From assembly GCA_039028615.1 (NCBI GenBank), contig JBCCHT010000053.1, positions 1 to 64,000 on the forward strand: a DNA stretch of 64,000 nt. Direction: 5' to 3'. The position numbers and the translations under genes are program-made. This stretch comes from Myxococcota bacterium (lineage in GTDB: Bacteria; Myxococcota_A; Polyangia; Nannocystales; Nannocystaceae). Each line of letters begins with the position of its first letter. Positions within the stretch are counted from its first letter, which is position 1. Shown here piece by piece: positions 32,001-41,649 of the stretch. The notes below the pieces were generated by a model that was not told the origin of the DNA, did no database searches, and saw nothing but the letters and a program-made list of their open reading frames with translations.

Positions 32001-34115
32001 GTGCGACGCTATGCGTTCCCGTTGGCCGCGTTGATCGTGATCGGAGCCCCCGCCGGGTGTCTGAAGATCCCCCCCGAGCTGCCGGAGGAGCCCGATGCGA
32101 CCCCAGGTGCGCCGAGCACCGCGGCCGACATGCTCGATCGCTACGTCGAAGGCTCGGGCGGCGAGGCGACCCTGCGGGGAATCGCGGCGCGGTCGATCGA
32201 GGCGCGGATGATCGTGCGCGGCCAAGCCGAGTGCGCGCCCGAGGACGAAGCCTGCTCCACCGACGACCAAGTGGGCTCCTTCCTGCTCAAGACCACGTCC
32301 GACGGCAAGCTCTACCGCCGCACCGTGCTCAACGACCTCGTCGAAGAAAAGGGCTTCGACGGCAAGGTCGGCTGGCAGCTGGCGGGTGAGCTGCTGCGCC
32401 TCGAAGACCGGAACGAGCTCGAGCTGTCGCGCGAGGACGCCATTCTCCACTGGTACTTCGACCTCGAAGAGCGCGGCGTGCAGGTCACCCTGGCCCGGCC
32501 GCGCAAAGAAGACAGCGACGGCAACGTGGCCACGCTGGACGGGATCCACTGGGAGGGAGGCACCGTCGCCACCAGCCCCAAGACGATGTGGTTCGACCGC
32601 TCCACCGGCCTGCTCCGCGAGGAGATCGTCGAAGAGAGCATCGAGGACATCGTCCAGCGCCAGACGATCATCTACGACGACTATCGCGAGATCGACGGGG
32701 TCCAGGTGCCCTTCACCATCCGCGTGGTCAACGTGCTCGGCGAGCAGGAGCAGGTGGTCGAGTTCGTGACCCAGCGGATCGACCACGAGGCGGTCGAGGC
32801 CACGCAGTTTGCGATGCCCGTGCTCCCGCCGCCCAAGCCCGTGCCCGATCAGCGCCTGGCCGCGCTGCGCCAGGCCGAGCAGGGCGCCAAGGAAAAGCCC
32901 AAGGACTTGGGCGCCCAGGTCGCCTTGGTCCGCGCCTCCTGGGTGGCGGGGCACTTCGACACCACCGTGTCCGCGGCCAAGGCCGCGCTGGCCATCGACG
33001 CCAAGGAGCCCGAGGTCCTGCTGCTGCTGGCCCGGGCCCACGTGCTGCGGGGCGAGACCAAAGAGGCCTCCGCCGTGCTGCGCAAGCTGGAGTCGCTCGA
33101 GATCGTCAAGCCGGAGATCATCGCCCTCGAAGAGGCGTGGATCCACTACCGTCGCCGCGACTACAGCAAGCTCGCCAAGGCCCTCGACGCCGTCGGCAAC
33201 CCCGTGTTCGCCGGGCGCTTCCGCAGCTTCGTGGGCAAGCCCCTGCAGTCGAAGGTGGCCAAGAACGCCTGTGTGACCACGCTGCCGCTGGTGGCCACCT
33301 CGCCGCTCGCGGTGGTGGAGATCGAGGTCGAGGGCTCGCCCGTGCAGGCGATCATCGACAGCGGGGCGTCGGACCTCATCCTGTCGCAGTCGTTCACCGC
33401 CGCGCAGGCCATCTCGACGCGCCCGCTGTCCGCGGGAGCGCCTCAGGGCACCCCCACCGTCGGCTACGCCCAGGCCGAGTCGATGACCCTCGACAACCTC
33501 ACCATCTCCAACGTGCCGATCGACGTGTTCAACGATCTGGCCATGTCGGAGATGGCCGGCCAAGACCTCGACGAGGTCCAGGCGGTGCTCGGCCTGAGCA
33601 TGCTGTCGGATTTCCAGATCACCCTGGACATCCCCGGCAAGTCGCTCGAGCTGGTGGGCAAGGGCAACCGCTGCAAGAGCGAGCGCGCGGCTCGACGCTC
33701 CGGCGACGGTATGCCCTTTTGGCAGCACGAGACCCACTACATCTACGTGCAAGGGGCCATGAACGGCGCCGAGGGCCTATACCTGCTCAACACGGGCATG
33801 CGCGGGGCCGACATCACCGCCAACCTGCTGGCCTACGGCCACGCGGGCGTGGGCATCCCGCCCATGAAGGACGGCGCGGCCATGGGCACCATCGGCTCGT
33901 TCGCGCTGGGCGGCGTCGAGCAAAAAGGCCTCGCCTCCGCGGTGGCCTTCGTCGATCCCAACGGCCAGGTCCGCGGGTTCTTCGAGCGCATGGAGACCAG
34001 CGGCGGCTTCCGTGAGGACGGCATGCTCGGGCTCGCCGTGCTCGGCGAGCAGCGGATCACCATCGACTTCGAAGACCGCCGCATCTACCTCGCCAAGTCC
34101 GAGCCCGCGTCATGA
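32001..34115 (+). CDS. Lipoprotein with LolA-like N-terminal domain, TPR region and tandem retropepsin-like aspartyl protease domains
   Basis: Lipobox APAGC; YDDYREIDGVQVPF; IIDSGAS..AVLGLSML; LLNTGMR..DGMLGL. Confidence 0.8.
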   Translation: MRRYAFPLAALIVIGAPAGCLKIPPELPEEPDATPGAPSTAADMLDRYVEGSGGEATLRGIAARSIEARMIVRGQAECAPEDEACSTDDQVGSFLLKTTSDGKLYRRTVLNDLVEEKGFDGKVGWQLAGELLRLEDRNELELSREDAILHWYFDLEERGVQVTLARPRKEDSDGNVATLDGIHWEGGTVATSPKTMWFDRSTGLLREEIVEESIEDIVQRQTIIYDDYREIDGVQVPFTIRVVNVLGEQEQVVEFVTQRIDHEAVEATQFAMPVLPPPKPVPDQRLAALRQAEQGAKEKPKDLGAQVALVRASWVAGHFDTTVSAAKAALAIDAKEPEVLLLLARAHVLRGETKEASAVLRKLESLEIVKPEIIALEEAWIHYRRRDYSKLAKALDAVGNPVFAGRFRSFVGKPLQSKVAKNACVTTLPLVATSPLAVVEIEVEGSPVQAIIDSGASDLILSQSFTAAQAISTRPLSAGAPQGTPTVGYAQAESMTLDNLTISNVPIDVFNDLAMSEMAGQDLDEVQAVLGLSMLSDFQITLDIPGKSLELVGKGNRCKSERAARRSGDGMPFWQHETHYIYVQGAMNGAEGLYLLNTGMRGADITANLLAYGHAGVGIPPMKDGAAMGTIGSFALGGVEQKGLASAVAFVDPNGQVRGFFERMETSGGFREDGMLGLAVLGEQRITIDFEDRRIYLAKSEPAS

Positions 34116-35440
34116 GTGATTCGTCGACCCTGGTCGTTTATCGCGGAGCCCACGGGGTCCTCGACGGGGCTTGGGTCGACGCCCCCTGGCTGGCCGTCGA
34201 CGAGGACGGCACCATCACCGCCACCGGTCACGCGGGCACCGAAGCCGTCGCGCCTCCGGCCGGGGCCATCGTGCGCGACCTGGGCCCGGTGATGGTGCTG
34301 CCGGGCATGGTCAACGCCCACAGTCATGCGTTTCAGCGGGCGATCCGCGGCGCCACCCATCGGCGCGGGGCCAATGATCCCTCGTCGTTCTGGAGCTGGC
34401 GCGAGGCCATGTACCGCTGCGCCCAGCAGCTACGGCCCGAAGACGTCTACCGGGTCACCCGCCAGGCCTACGCCGAGATGCTGGCCGCGGGCATCACCTG
34501 CGTGGGCGAGTTTCACTACGTGCACCATCAGCCCGACGGGCAGCCCTACGACGACGCCAACGAGCTCAGCGCCCAAGTGGTGCGTGCCGCGGCCGACGTG
34601 GGCATTCGCGTCGTCATGCTCGAGGTGCTCTACCTGCGGGCGGGCCACGGACGCGATGCCCTGCCCGAGCAGCGCCGCTTCTGCGATGCAGGGGTCGACG
34701 CCTATCTGCAGCGCATCGACGACCTGCGCGGGCGAGGCATCGAGGTCGGGCTCGCGCCCCACAGCATGCGCGCCGTCCCCGGCGAAGCCCTGCAGCAGGT
34801 CGCGCGCTACGGCCACGAGCACGGCCTCGTGCTGCATACCCACCTGAGCGAGCAGCCGCGCGAGAACGAGGAGTGCCAGGCGGAGCACGGGATGACGCCG
34901 AGCCAGCTGTACTCCGAGGCCGGCTTCTTCGAGCGCCCGCGCAGCTTCACCGCCGTGCATGCCGTCCACACGACCGCGCAGGACCAGGCCTTGCTCGCCC
35001 CGCAGCACGTGTGTGCCTGCCCCACCACCGAGGCCGATCTCGGCGATGGCATCGTGCCCGCCACCGACCTGCTCGCAGCCGGGGGCGAGATTTCCCTGGG
35101 CAGCGACAGCAACTCCGTCATCGACCTGGTGCAGGAAGCCCGGCTGCTCGAGATGGACGAGCGCCTGCGGGTGCAGGCCCGGCTGCAGCTGTGCGACGAC
35201 CAGGGGCAGCTCGGCCTCCCGCTCTTGCACGCCGCCACCGCGGCCGGGGCCTCCTCGCTCGGTCGCTCGAACAGCTCCGGTCGGCTCGCCGTGGGTCGCC
35301 CCTTCGACGCCGTCACCATCGGCATCGATCGGCCCTTCTTTGCCGGGATCGACGGTGCCCACCTGCTCGATGCCCTGATGTGCGCGGGCACGGCCGCCCA
35401 GGTCCGCGACGTCTTCGTCGGAGGCGTATGCCGAAGCTGA
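34112..35440 (+). CDS. hutF: Formimidoylglutamate deiminase
   Basis: PGMVNAHSHAFQR, SFWSWREAMY, GEFHYVHH, APHSMRAV, CPTTEADLGDG, GSDS. ATGA overlap with the upstream gene. Confidence 0.92.
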   Translation: MSDSSTLVVYRGAHGVLDGAWVDAPWLAVDEDGTITATGHAGTEAVAPPAGAIVRDLGPVMVLPGMVNAHSHAFQRAIRGATHRRGANDPSSFWSWREAMYRCAQQLRPEDVYRVTRQAYAEMLAAGITCVGEFHYVHHQPDGQPYDDANELSAQVVRAAADVGIRVVMLEVLYLRAGHGRDALPEQRRFCDAGVDAYLQRIDDLRGRGIEVGLAPHSMRAVPGEALQQVARYGHEHGLVLHTHLSEQPRENEECQAEHGMTPSQLYSEAGFFERPRSFTAVHAVHTTAQDQALLAPQHVCACPTTEADLGDGIVPATDLLAAGGEISLGSDSNSVIDLVQEARLLEMDERLRVQARLQLCDDQGQLGLPLLHAATAAGASSLGRSNSSGRLAVGRPFDAVTIGIDRPFFAGIDGAHLLDALMCAGTAAQVRDVFVGGVCRS

Positions 35441-35474
35441 GCCGACCGGGTCCCCGACCTGCTCGCGGGGGCCC

Positions 35475-36146
35475 GTGGCGAGGCTGAGTCGCACCCGCTG
35501 GCTCGCCGGACTCGGCGTGGTCGTGCTCGTGGCCTGTGCCTCGAAGACCGACGAGCGCGTGCGTCAGGCCTGGGGTGGCGCGTCCGAGAACCCGGACGAC
35601 GTCGTAGGCGGACCGACCCGAGACCGCGAGGTCAACGAGGACGGCACCCCCCGCACCCCGACCCTGTACGGGTGGGACCGGGTCGACGAGATCCTCGACG
35701 TCGCCATCGCCGAGGTCAGCCTGGGCACCGACGACGAGGTCTTGGCGCGTCTCGCGAAGCGGTGGTGCAACGTCGAGCCCGTCGCGAAGGATGTCGAGAA
35801 AAACCTCGTGTGGGTCTGTATCCCCAAGCCGCAGGTCCTGATCGAGGGTCACTCGTTCACCCTCGAACTGAGCGGAGAGGGTGTGATAGGTCTCGTGGCC
35901 GCCGAGCTCTCCGCCGACGAGAGCACCCGGTTGGCCGCCGAGGCCCGAGAACGAACCGAACGCTGGTGCGCCCAAACATGGACCCCCAGTCCCCGCCCTT
36001 CCCCCGAGCAAGCTCCGCTGGCCGAGACCGCACCGCAGATCGACACATGCGTGGTCGAAGGCAGCGCGTTGCTCAGCGTCGCCCGCTACCTCGAGGGCGA
36101 AGGACCGAGCTGGCGAGTCTCCATGGCCGTCATCGATGCGAGCTGA
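35475..36146 (+). CDS. Hypothetical lipoprotein
   Basis: VLVAC lipobox; operon context. Confidence 0.7.
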   Translation: MARLSRTRWLAGLGVVVLVACASKTDERVRQAWGGASENPDDVVGGPTRDREVNEDGTPRTPTLYGWDRVDEILDVAIAEVSLGTDDEVLARLAKRWCNVEPVAKDVEKNLVWVCIPKPQVLIEGHSFTLELSGEGVIGLVAAELSADESTRLAAEARERTERWCAQTWTPSPRPSPEQAPLAETAPQIDTCVVEGSALLSVARYLEGEGPSWRVSMAVIDAS

Positions 36147-36150
36147 AGCC

Positions 36151-37326
36151 ATGATCGATCTGTCTTCTCCCACCAAGCACGCGGGGGTCCTGATCCCGCT
36201 CGACCCCTTCCGAGTCAGCCACCTCGCGGCCACCGCCGCCGAGCTGCTGGTGAGCAAGGCGCGGAACATCACCGACGCCAAGCTCGTGCTCACCCGGCAC
36301 CCGCAGGCACAGCTGGTCATCGGGCGCATCGAAGGCTCGGTGGTCGAGGGCGATCCTCCCACCTTCTGGCGACAGAACGCCGACATCGCCATGGCCATGA
36401 GCCAGGTCGTGCCCCGCCAGCTGTTCATGTACTACGTGCAGAGCGCCCCGCCCGAGGAGCGCCGCGAGGGCTTCGTCGTCGCGCAGCGCGGGCAGGTCCT
36501 CGCCGCCGACGAGAGCAGCGCAGAAAGCCAGACCGAGGGCGCCGAGGTGTGGGCCGTCGAGCAGCTGTGCTCGCAGCTCCGCCTCGACCCCGCCGAGCTC
36601 GCCAGCGGCTTCGAAGGTGGCCCCAGCGTCGAGATCTCCCTGCTGGAGCCCAACGTCGACGACCAGGCCATGCTCATGACCCTCGCCGGTCAGCCGCCCG
36701 AGGGCGACCCCGGCGAAGGTGCCGAAGACGGCCCCACCCAAGCCGCGCCGCCCCCCGGAGGCCCCGCCGGCCCCGGTGGACCCGGCCCCGCTCAAGGGCA
36801 GCCGCAGGCCCCCGCCAAGCCCAAGCTCTCCGTCGCCGACGACATCAAGCGCCGCGAAAAGGAGCGCGCCGACGAGGTCGAAGAGCAGCGCCGCCGCGCC
36901 GACGAGGTCAAGTCCGACCTCCCCTTCCTCGTCGACGACCTCGGCATCGTCGTCTGCCCCAAGGCCGAGCTGTCCGAGCCCGACATCATCGACCCGCTCA
37001 TCGTGGGCAAGATCTCCGGTGATCTCCCCCCCGGCCTCCCCGGCAAGCTCACCGAGGACCTCCAGGGCAAGCGCTGCGACGTCGCCCTCCGCGTCGACTT
37101 CTACAGCGAGGTCTTCCTCGACAGCACCCCGCTGTCCCGCCCGGCCATGGAAGAGCGAGCCGAGACCCGAACCATCGGCGGCAAAGAGATTCGAGTCATC
37201 GAAGCCCTGGCCCCCCGCCTCGGGTACGGGACCTTCCTGACCACGGGCAAGGCCCCCCACGTCTTCGTCTCCCGCAAGCCCGACCTGGCCCTCCCCGAGG
37301 ACCTCATCCTCGACCTCCTGGGCTAG
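36151..37326 (+). CDS. Hypothetical protein
   Basis: 391-aa ORF with strong GC3 bias, starting 5 bp after the upstream stop. Confidence 0.8.
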   Translation: MIDLSSPTKHAGVLIPLDPFRVSHLAATAAELLVSKARNITDAKLVLTRHPQAQLVIGRIEGSVVEGDPPTFWRQNADIAMAMSQVVPRQLFMYYVQSAPPEERREGFVVAQRGQVLAADESSAESQTEGAEVWAVEQLCSQLRLDPAELASGFEGGPSVEISLLEPNVDDQAMLMTLAGQPPEGDPGEGAEDGPTQAAPPPGGPAGPGGPGPAQGQPQAPAKPKLSVADDIKRREKERADEVEEQRRRADEVKSDLPFLVDDLGIVVCPKAELSEPDIIDPLIVGKISGDLPPGLPGKLTEDLQGKRCDVALRVDFYSEVFLDSTPLSRPAMEERAETRTIGGKEIRVIEALAPRLGYGTFLTTGKAPHVFVSRKPDLALPEDLILDLLG

Positions 37327-37377
37327 AGCCTCCGAAAACGTACGTCGTTGCGCCCCGCTCTTCGCCAAAGCTCCCCC

Positions 37378-37560
37378 ATGAGCTTCGAGCGAAGACGGGC
37401 GCACCTCGTGCTCGCGCCGCCCGTTCGAGCGTCGTGAGGGTCGGATATCAGCTTCGAGCAGGGGCGAACGGCCGTCCTGCTGGCGCCGTCTGTTCGAGCG
37501 TCGCGGACGTTTCTCATGAGCTTCGAGCGGAGACGGGCGGGCGCCTGCTGACGCCCGGCC
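37378..37560 (+). repeat. Degenerate 69-bp tandem repeat (x3) leading into an element-A-like copy
   Basis: AGCTTCGAGC at 37381, 37450 and 37519. Confidence 0.8.
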
Positions 37561-38084
37561 TCCTTCCCACTCGTGCTCGTCGGGGAATTGGAGCACTGGG
37601 TGCTTGTAGCGGCGCATGAGTCCCCTCCTGCGCGCGACCGGGCCCCTGCCGTGCTGCGCGGGCCCGCCCGACCTGGGCAGCCATGCCGTCCTCGACTCCG
37701 AGCGGCCGTCCGAAAATCGACTCTGAGGCGATGGCTCCGCTCCTGACGCCTACACGACGCAGCGTCCAACTGCAACCAACGACCAGGGCAGAACAAGCCC
37801 CCGAAGCGCCACCACTCTACGCCCCAACAGCGCCCAACGACCCCGGGGCTGCAACCCACCCAAGAGCCCTTCACCGCCCCACGCCCCCCGAGCAACCACC
37901 AACCAGCGCAGCAGAGCGCACCAGAAGCCCGGAGAGATCCCGCCTTCGAGTTGCGGGGGGCACCCGCGTAGCCGGAAGGGGCCCCCGGTCGCGCGCAGGA
38001 GGGGACTATGCGCCCCTACAAGCACCCAGTGCCCCAATTCCCCGACGAGCACGTCCGGGGTAGGCGTCTGGCGTCAACAGGGCC
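37521..38084. repeat. Convergent inverted pair of element-A-like copies (37521-37660 +; 37963-38084 -), REPIN-like
   Basis: CGTGCTCGTCGGGGAATTGG.GCACTGGGTGCTTGTAG.GGCGCAT..GTCCCCTCCTGCGCGCGACCGGG on both strands. GTAG at 37606 (+) and 38019 (-), each followed by a hairpin. Confidence 0.9.
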
Positions 38085-38223
38085 CCCCACCCCCCAACGA
38101 AGCCGAGCTCTCCACTCCCCAGGTCCCTCCACTCCCCAGGTCCCTCCACTCAATCAACCTCTCAACCAAAAGGAAAAACGAGAACCGCCCAGCAGCCCTC
38201 GCCCATCCCCAAATTCAGCCCCC

Positions 38224-39273
38224 CTAAAACCGAACCGTAGCCTGCACCCCAAAGTTCGTGAGCGAAGCCGTAGGCGTAATACTCACCCGCTCCAACCGCG
38301 GCCGATTCACCAACAACGAAATCCCACTCGCCAAAAACACCGGCGAAGCCACCAACACCATCAACCCCACCCGAGCGTTCTTCACTTCCCCCAGCGCCTC
38401 ATCCGCCAACGCCAATTCCTCGGGACTCAGCTGCGTCGTCGCCGGATCAAAACTATTCGCAATCCGCAGACTCCGAACCGACCCGAGCCCCACCATCGAC
38501 GACCCCACCGCGATCCCCGTCAGCCCCGCCAACATCGAAGTCGCCCCGAGCCCGATCGCAATCCGCCGCCGCCTCTCGAGCGGCAGCCGAGTCCCTTGCT
38601 GAAGCAGCTGCCCGATCTCCCGAGCACCAAACGCCCCGAACGCCGCCCCGCCGATGCTGAACCCGATCGTCCCGAACAGCCGCCCCGATCGAAGCCCGAT
38701 GTCTCCCGCATCGGGCACCGAGCAAGTATTCAGGTCGTTCTGATCGTCACAATCCGGCAACAGCACCGATCGCGCCGTGATCGTACTCGCCGCAGCAAAA
38801 CCCGCGCCGAGCCCCATCAACACCACCGCGTCGACCGGTCGCGCCCGCTTGGGCTTGTCGGGAAAGGGATCGTTGACCCCCTCGCGGCTCATGTAGCGCC
38901 GAGTCGTGGGCGGATTCCACTTCTTCGCGTCCGCCCCCGTCTGCGCCAAGAGCTCCGACGCCGACAGCGTCGTGTCTTCTGGTTCTTCCGATGCCCAGTC
39001 GTCGTCGAGCATCATGATCTCGTCCCCGTCTTCGTCGAGGATGACGATCTCGTCCCCGTCGTCGTCGTAGATGACGCCGCTTTCGTCGGCCTGCTCTGCA
39101 CTTCCTCGCGGCTGCAGCGGCACGGAGGCCTCGTGTTCATGCTCGTGATCGTGGCCATGACCGTGACCGCCGGGGTGCCCCCACGCGGTCGCGGAGGTGA
39201 ACGCAACGGCCATCCCCACGAAGCACGCGAGAGACGAAGGGCGAAACCAACGATGAATCCGATGACGCGACAA
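38224..39273 (-). CDS. Hypothetical exported protein with His-rich and acidic N-terminal motifs and C-terminal beta-signal-like end
   Basis: HPGGHGHGHDHEHEHE; DDDGDEIVILDEDGDEIMML; Gly-rich hydrophobic helices; ends SITPTASLTNFGVQATVRF. Start uncertain (39273 TTG or 39213 ATG). Confidence 0.75.
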   Translation of the reverse strand: MSRHRIHRWFRPSSLACFVGMAVAFTSATAWGHPGGHGHGHDHEHEHEASVPLQPRGSAEQADESGVIYDDDGDEIVILDEDGDEIMMLDDDWASEEPEDTTLSASELLAQTGADAKKWNPPTTRRYMSREGVNDPFPDKPKRARPVDAVVLMGLGAGFAAASTITARSVLLPDCDDQNDLNTCSVPDAGDIGLRSGRLFGTIGFSIGGAAFGAFGAREIGQLLQQGTRLPLERRRRIAIGLGATSMLAGLTGIAVGSSMVGLGSVRSLRIANSFDPATTQLSPEELALADEALGEVKNARVGLMVLVASPVFLASGISLLVNRPRLERVSITPTASLTNFGVQATVRF

Positions 39274-39595
39274 TGATCTGTTTCTCTTCCGGGGGCGAAC
39301 GACTCTGTGAATGAGTTGCCCCGAAGCGGCAGAACATTGCTGAATTCTTTTTTCTAGAAGAGATCCGTAATGAAGGGCGGTTGAGGTGACGAGGCAATTG
39401 CAGTGTTCGCCGCGCCGCTGCGGTTTGTGCCGGCAATTTTCGCCGGCGTTCGAACGAAGTTCGGGCCGCGCATCCACTCGGGTCTCGAGGGATGGCGGCC
39501 CGACCAAGTCGGCATCGCGGGGCTTTTTGTTTCGACGAGCGGATGGCCCGAGTCTCGGCTAGACCCGGGCCACCACGCGATTAGGGCTCTTTCGG

Positions 39596-40042
39596 CTACG
39601 GAGCGAGGCGTGTACGAAGCTTGGAGAGGATCTCCTCTTCGCGGGCGCTGCTCTCGGGCTCGGCGAGCTGGTTGCGAATGAGCGTATCGAGGACGTTCTC
39701 GCGCTCCGGGTGTGGCGGAAGGTGCTCCGACAGGCCGAGCTTGCGGCTGGCGAGGACCTTCAGGAAGGGCTCGATCTTGCGGATCTCTTGTGCGATCCGC
39801 ATGGTTACGGCTTTACCTTCGCCACGACGGGCGGGGTACTTGGGTGCACATCGTTCGACTGCGGCAACGAGATCGCGTGCGAGCTCGAGGTCGACTTTGT
39901 CTTCAACGCCGAAGCTGGCTACGACAATCGGTCGGCTCTGCGCCTTCCGGGTGCCGTCGCCGGACCACCAAACGTTGTGTGCGATGGAGAGGTAGGTGCG
40001 GCGGGTGTCGCCACATCGGACTCGGTTCCTGCGTAGGTACAT
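39596..40042 (-). CDS. 148-aa protein resembling the N-terminal domain of IS1634-family transposases; no DDE domain
   Basis: MYLRR..YLSIAHNVW..SRPIVVASFG.ED.VD...ARDLV; GGGGA RBS; clean stop. Confidence 0.7.
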   Translation of the reverse strand: MYLRRNRVRCGDTRRTYLSIAHNVWWSGDGTRKAQSRPIVVASFGVEDKVDLELARDLVAAVERCAPKYPARRGEGKAVTMRIAQEIRKIEPFLKVLASRKLGLSEHLPPHPERENVLDTLIRNQLAEPESSAREEEILSKLRTRLAP

Positions 40043-40433
40043 TGCTAATCCCCGTGGTTGAGGGCCTGGATGGGTCTTCTCACCACCGGCCTTGCTGGTC
40101 GTCTGGTTCGACGGACGCCCAGTGCAAAGCTTCAATCGCTCGAGAGACGGCTCGTCGGTGTGTTGCAGGCTGCAACACCTCTAAAAGCCACCCAGAGGCC
40201 ATAAAAAGCACGAATTCCAGGCTAGCCCGGGCTTGGGCGTGCGGCCACTCGCATTTGCTCTTGGGAAATGTATCTATTGGGAATCATTGATCAAAAATAT
40301 TGACAGTGGTGGAGCTTACCCCCGTGGAAACCCTTGATGGAAACCCCTGACACCCGCGACACGCCCGATGCGCCAGTGGTTTGAAAAACCGGGTCTCACT
40401 TCGAGCGTTTTGGATTGCTACGGTGTCGATTAA

Positions 40434-41489
40434 ATGAAGATCACCCGCGTCTTTGCGACCGTCTTCGTCGCCGCGTTTGCCACCGCATGCAAGCCCACAG
40501 AAGGTGCAACCGCGACGCCCGGGGACGTGAACGCCGATGGTCCGGTGGTGGCCACTGCGCCAACCGAAGCACCGTCGACGGGTGACGATCAGGGCCGCGA
40601 CAATCAGCCGCAGATCGATGACGAAGGGCCGTCGGACGATCTCGCGCCGTCGGGGAATTCCGACCCGAATCCCTATATCGCCCCACTTCTCCGCCACGCA
40701 GGAGATCTCACCGTGCACGCTCCACCACAGGCGCGCACCGACTTCATCGCGGGACGACTTCGCTCCCACATCGAGGGCGCGCTGTCCAAGGGTCGGGGCC
40801 GAGTGTGGGTCGGACCCCAGGTGCCGGGCTTCGTCGTACTGATGGAAGGGAGCATGGAGCTCTTCCTGCTCGACCGTGTGGGCGACGAATTCCTCGCCTT
40901 TTATCGCGACCCCTACGGCGCGGGCAGCTGCCAGCTCGGTGACGAGACAAACTGTCACTTCTTCGCACGCCTGTACGACATCGAGGGGAAGGTGCAGTGG
41001 GAGCGACCGCTGCACGAGGCGCTGTCGGCCCCGAGCTACCTCGAGATCCAGGACGTTCGCTACGCCGACGGCACGCTGTACTTCAACGAGGCGTGTCAGA
41101 GCTACTCGCGCCGGGTCAAGGGCAAGTGCTCCTCGCTCGTCGCCATGGACCCGACCACGGGTGAGGTCCGCTGGCGCACCGATCCCTTGGTGTCCAACGG
41201 CGAGTTCCTCGTGCACGGCGACTACATCATCAGCGGCTACGGCTTCACCGAAGAGCGCGACCACGTGTTCGTGGTCTCTCGTGCGGACGGGACGATCGAG
41301 CAGCGGATCAAGGTGCCCAAGTCACCCGAGACCTTCGCCGTGAGCGAAGACGACGGCGTGCTCGAAGTGCGGATCTATTCCTCGCCCGCGCGAGTGTTTT
41401 CCATGAAGGACTGGGACACCGAGCGGCCGCGGCTGGTCGAGCTGGGCCGCGCGTCGGGAGGCAAGGGAAAGTCCCGGCGCCGCCGCTGA
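40434..41489 (+). CDS. Lipoprotein with PQQ-type beta-propeller repeats
   Basis: FATAC lipobox; GKVQWE, LVAMDPTTGEVRW. Confidence 0.8.
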   Translation: MKITRVFATVFVAAFATACKPTEGATATPGDVNADGPVVATAPTEAPSTGDDQGRDNQPQIDDEGPSDDLAPSGNSDPNPYIAPLLRHAGDLTVHAPPQARTDFIAGRLRSHIEGALSKGRGRVWVGPQVPGFVVLMEGSMELFLLDRVGDEFLAFYRDPYGAGSCQLGDETNCHFFARLYDIEGKVQWERPLHEALSAPSYLEIQDVRYADGTLYFNEACQSYSRRVKGKCSSLVAMDPTTGEVRWRTDPLVSNGEFLVHGDYIISGYGFTEERDHVFVVSRADGTIEQRIKVPKSPETFAVSEDDGVLEVRIYSSPARVFSMKDWDTERPRLVELGRASGGKGKSRRRR

Positions 41490-41649
41490 GGCCGGTCTGG
41501 CTGGGCACCGAGCCCCGCGCAATCGGCGTCCCGAGCACGATTGGGGACTTTGTCGCGCCCTGCGATCGTTGGTTGTAGGCTGCGGCGGACCCGAGCCTGC
41601 TCGGGGGTGTCGCGGGCTTCCGAAGCCCCTGCCGAGACGAGACACGCAC

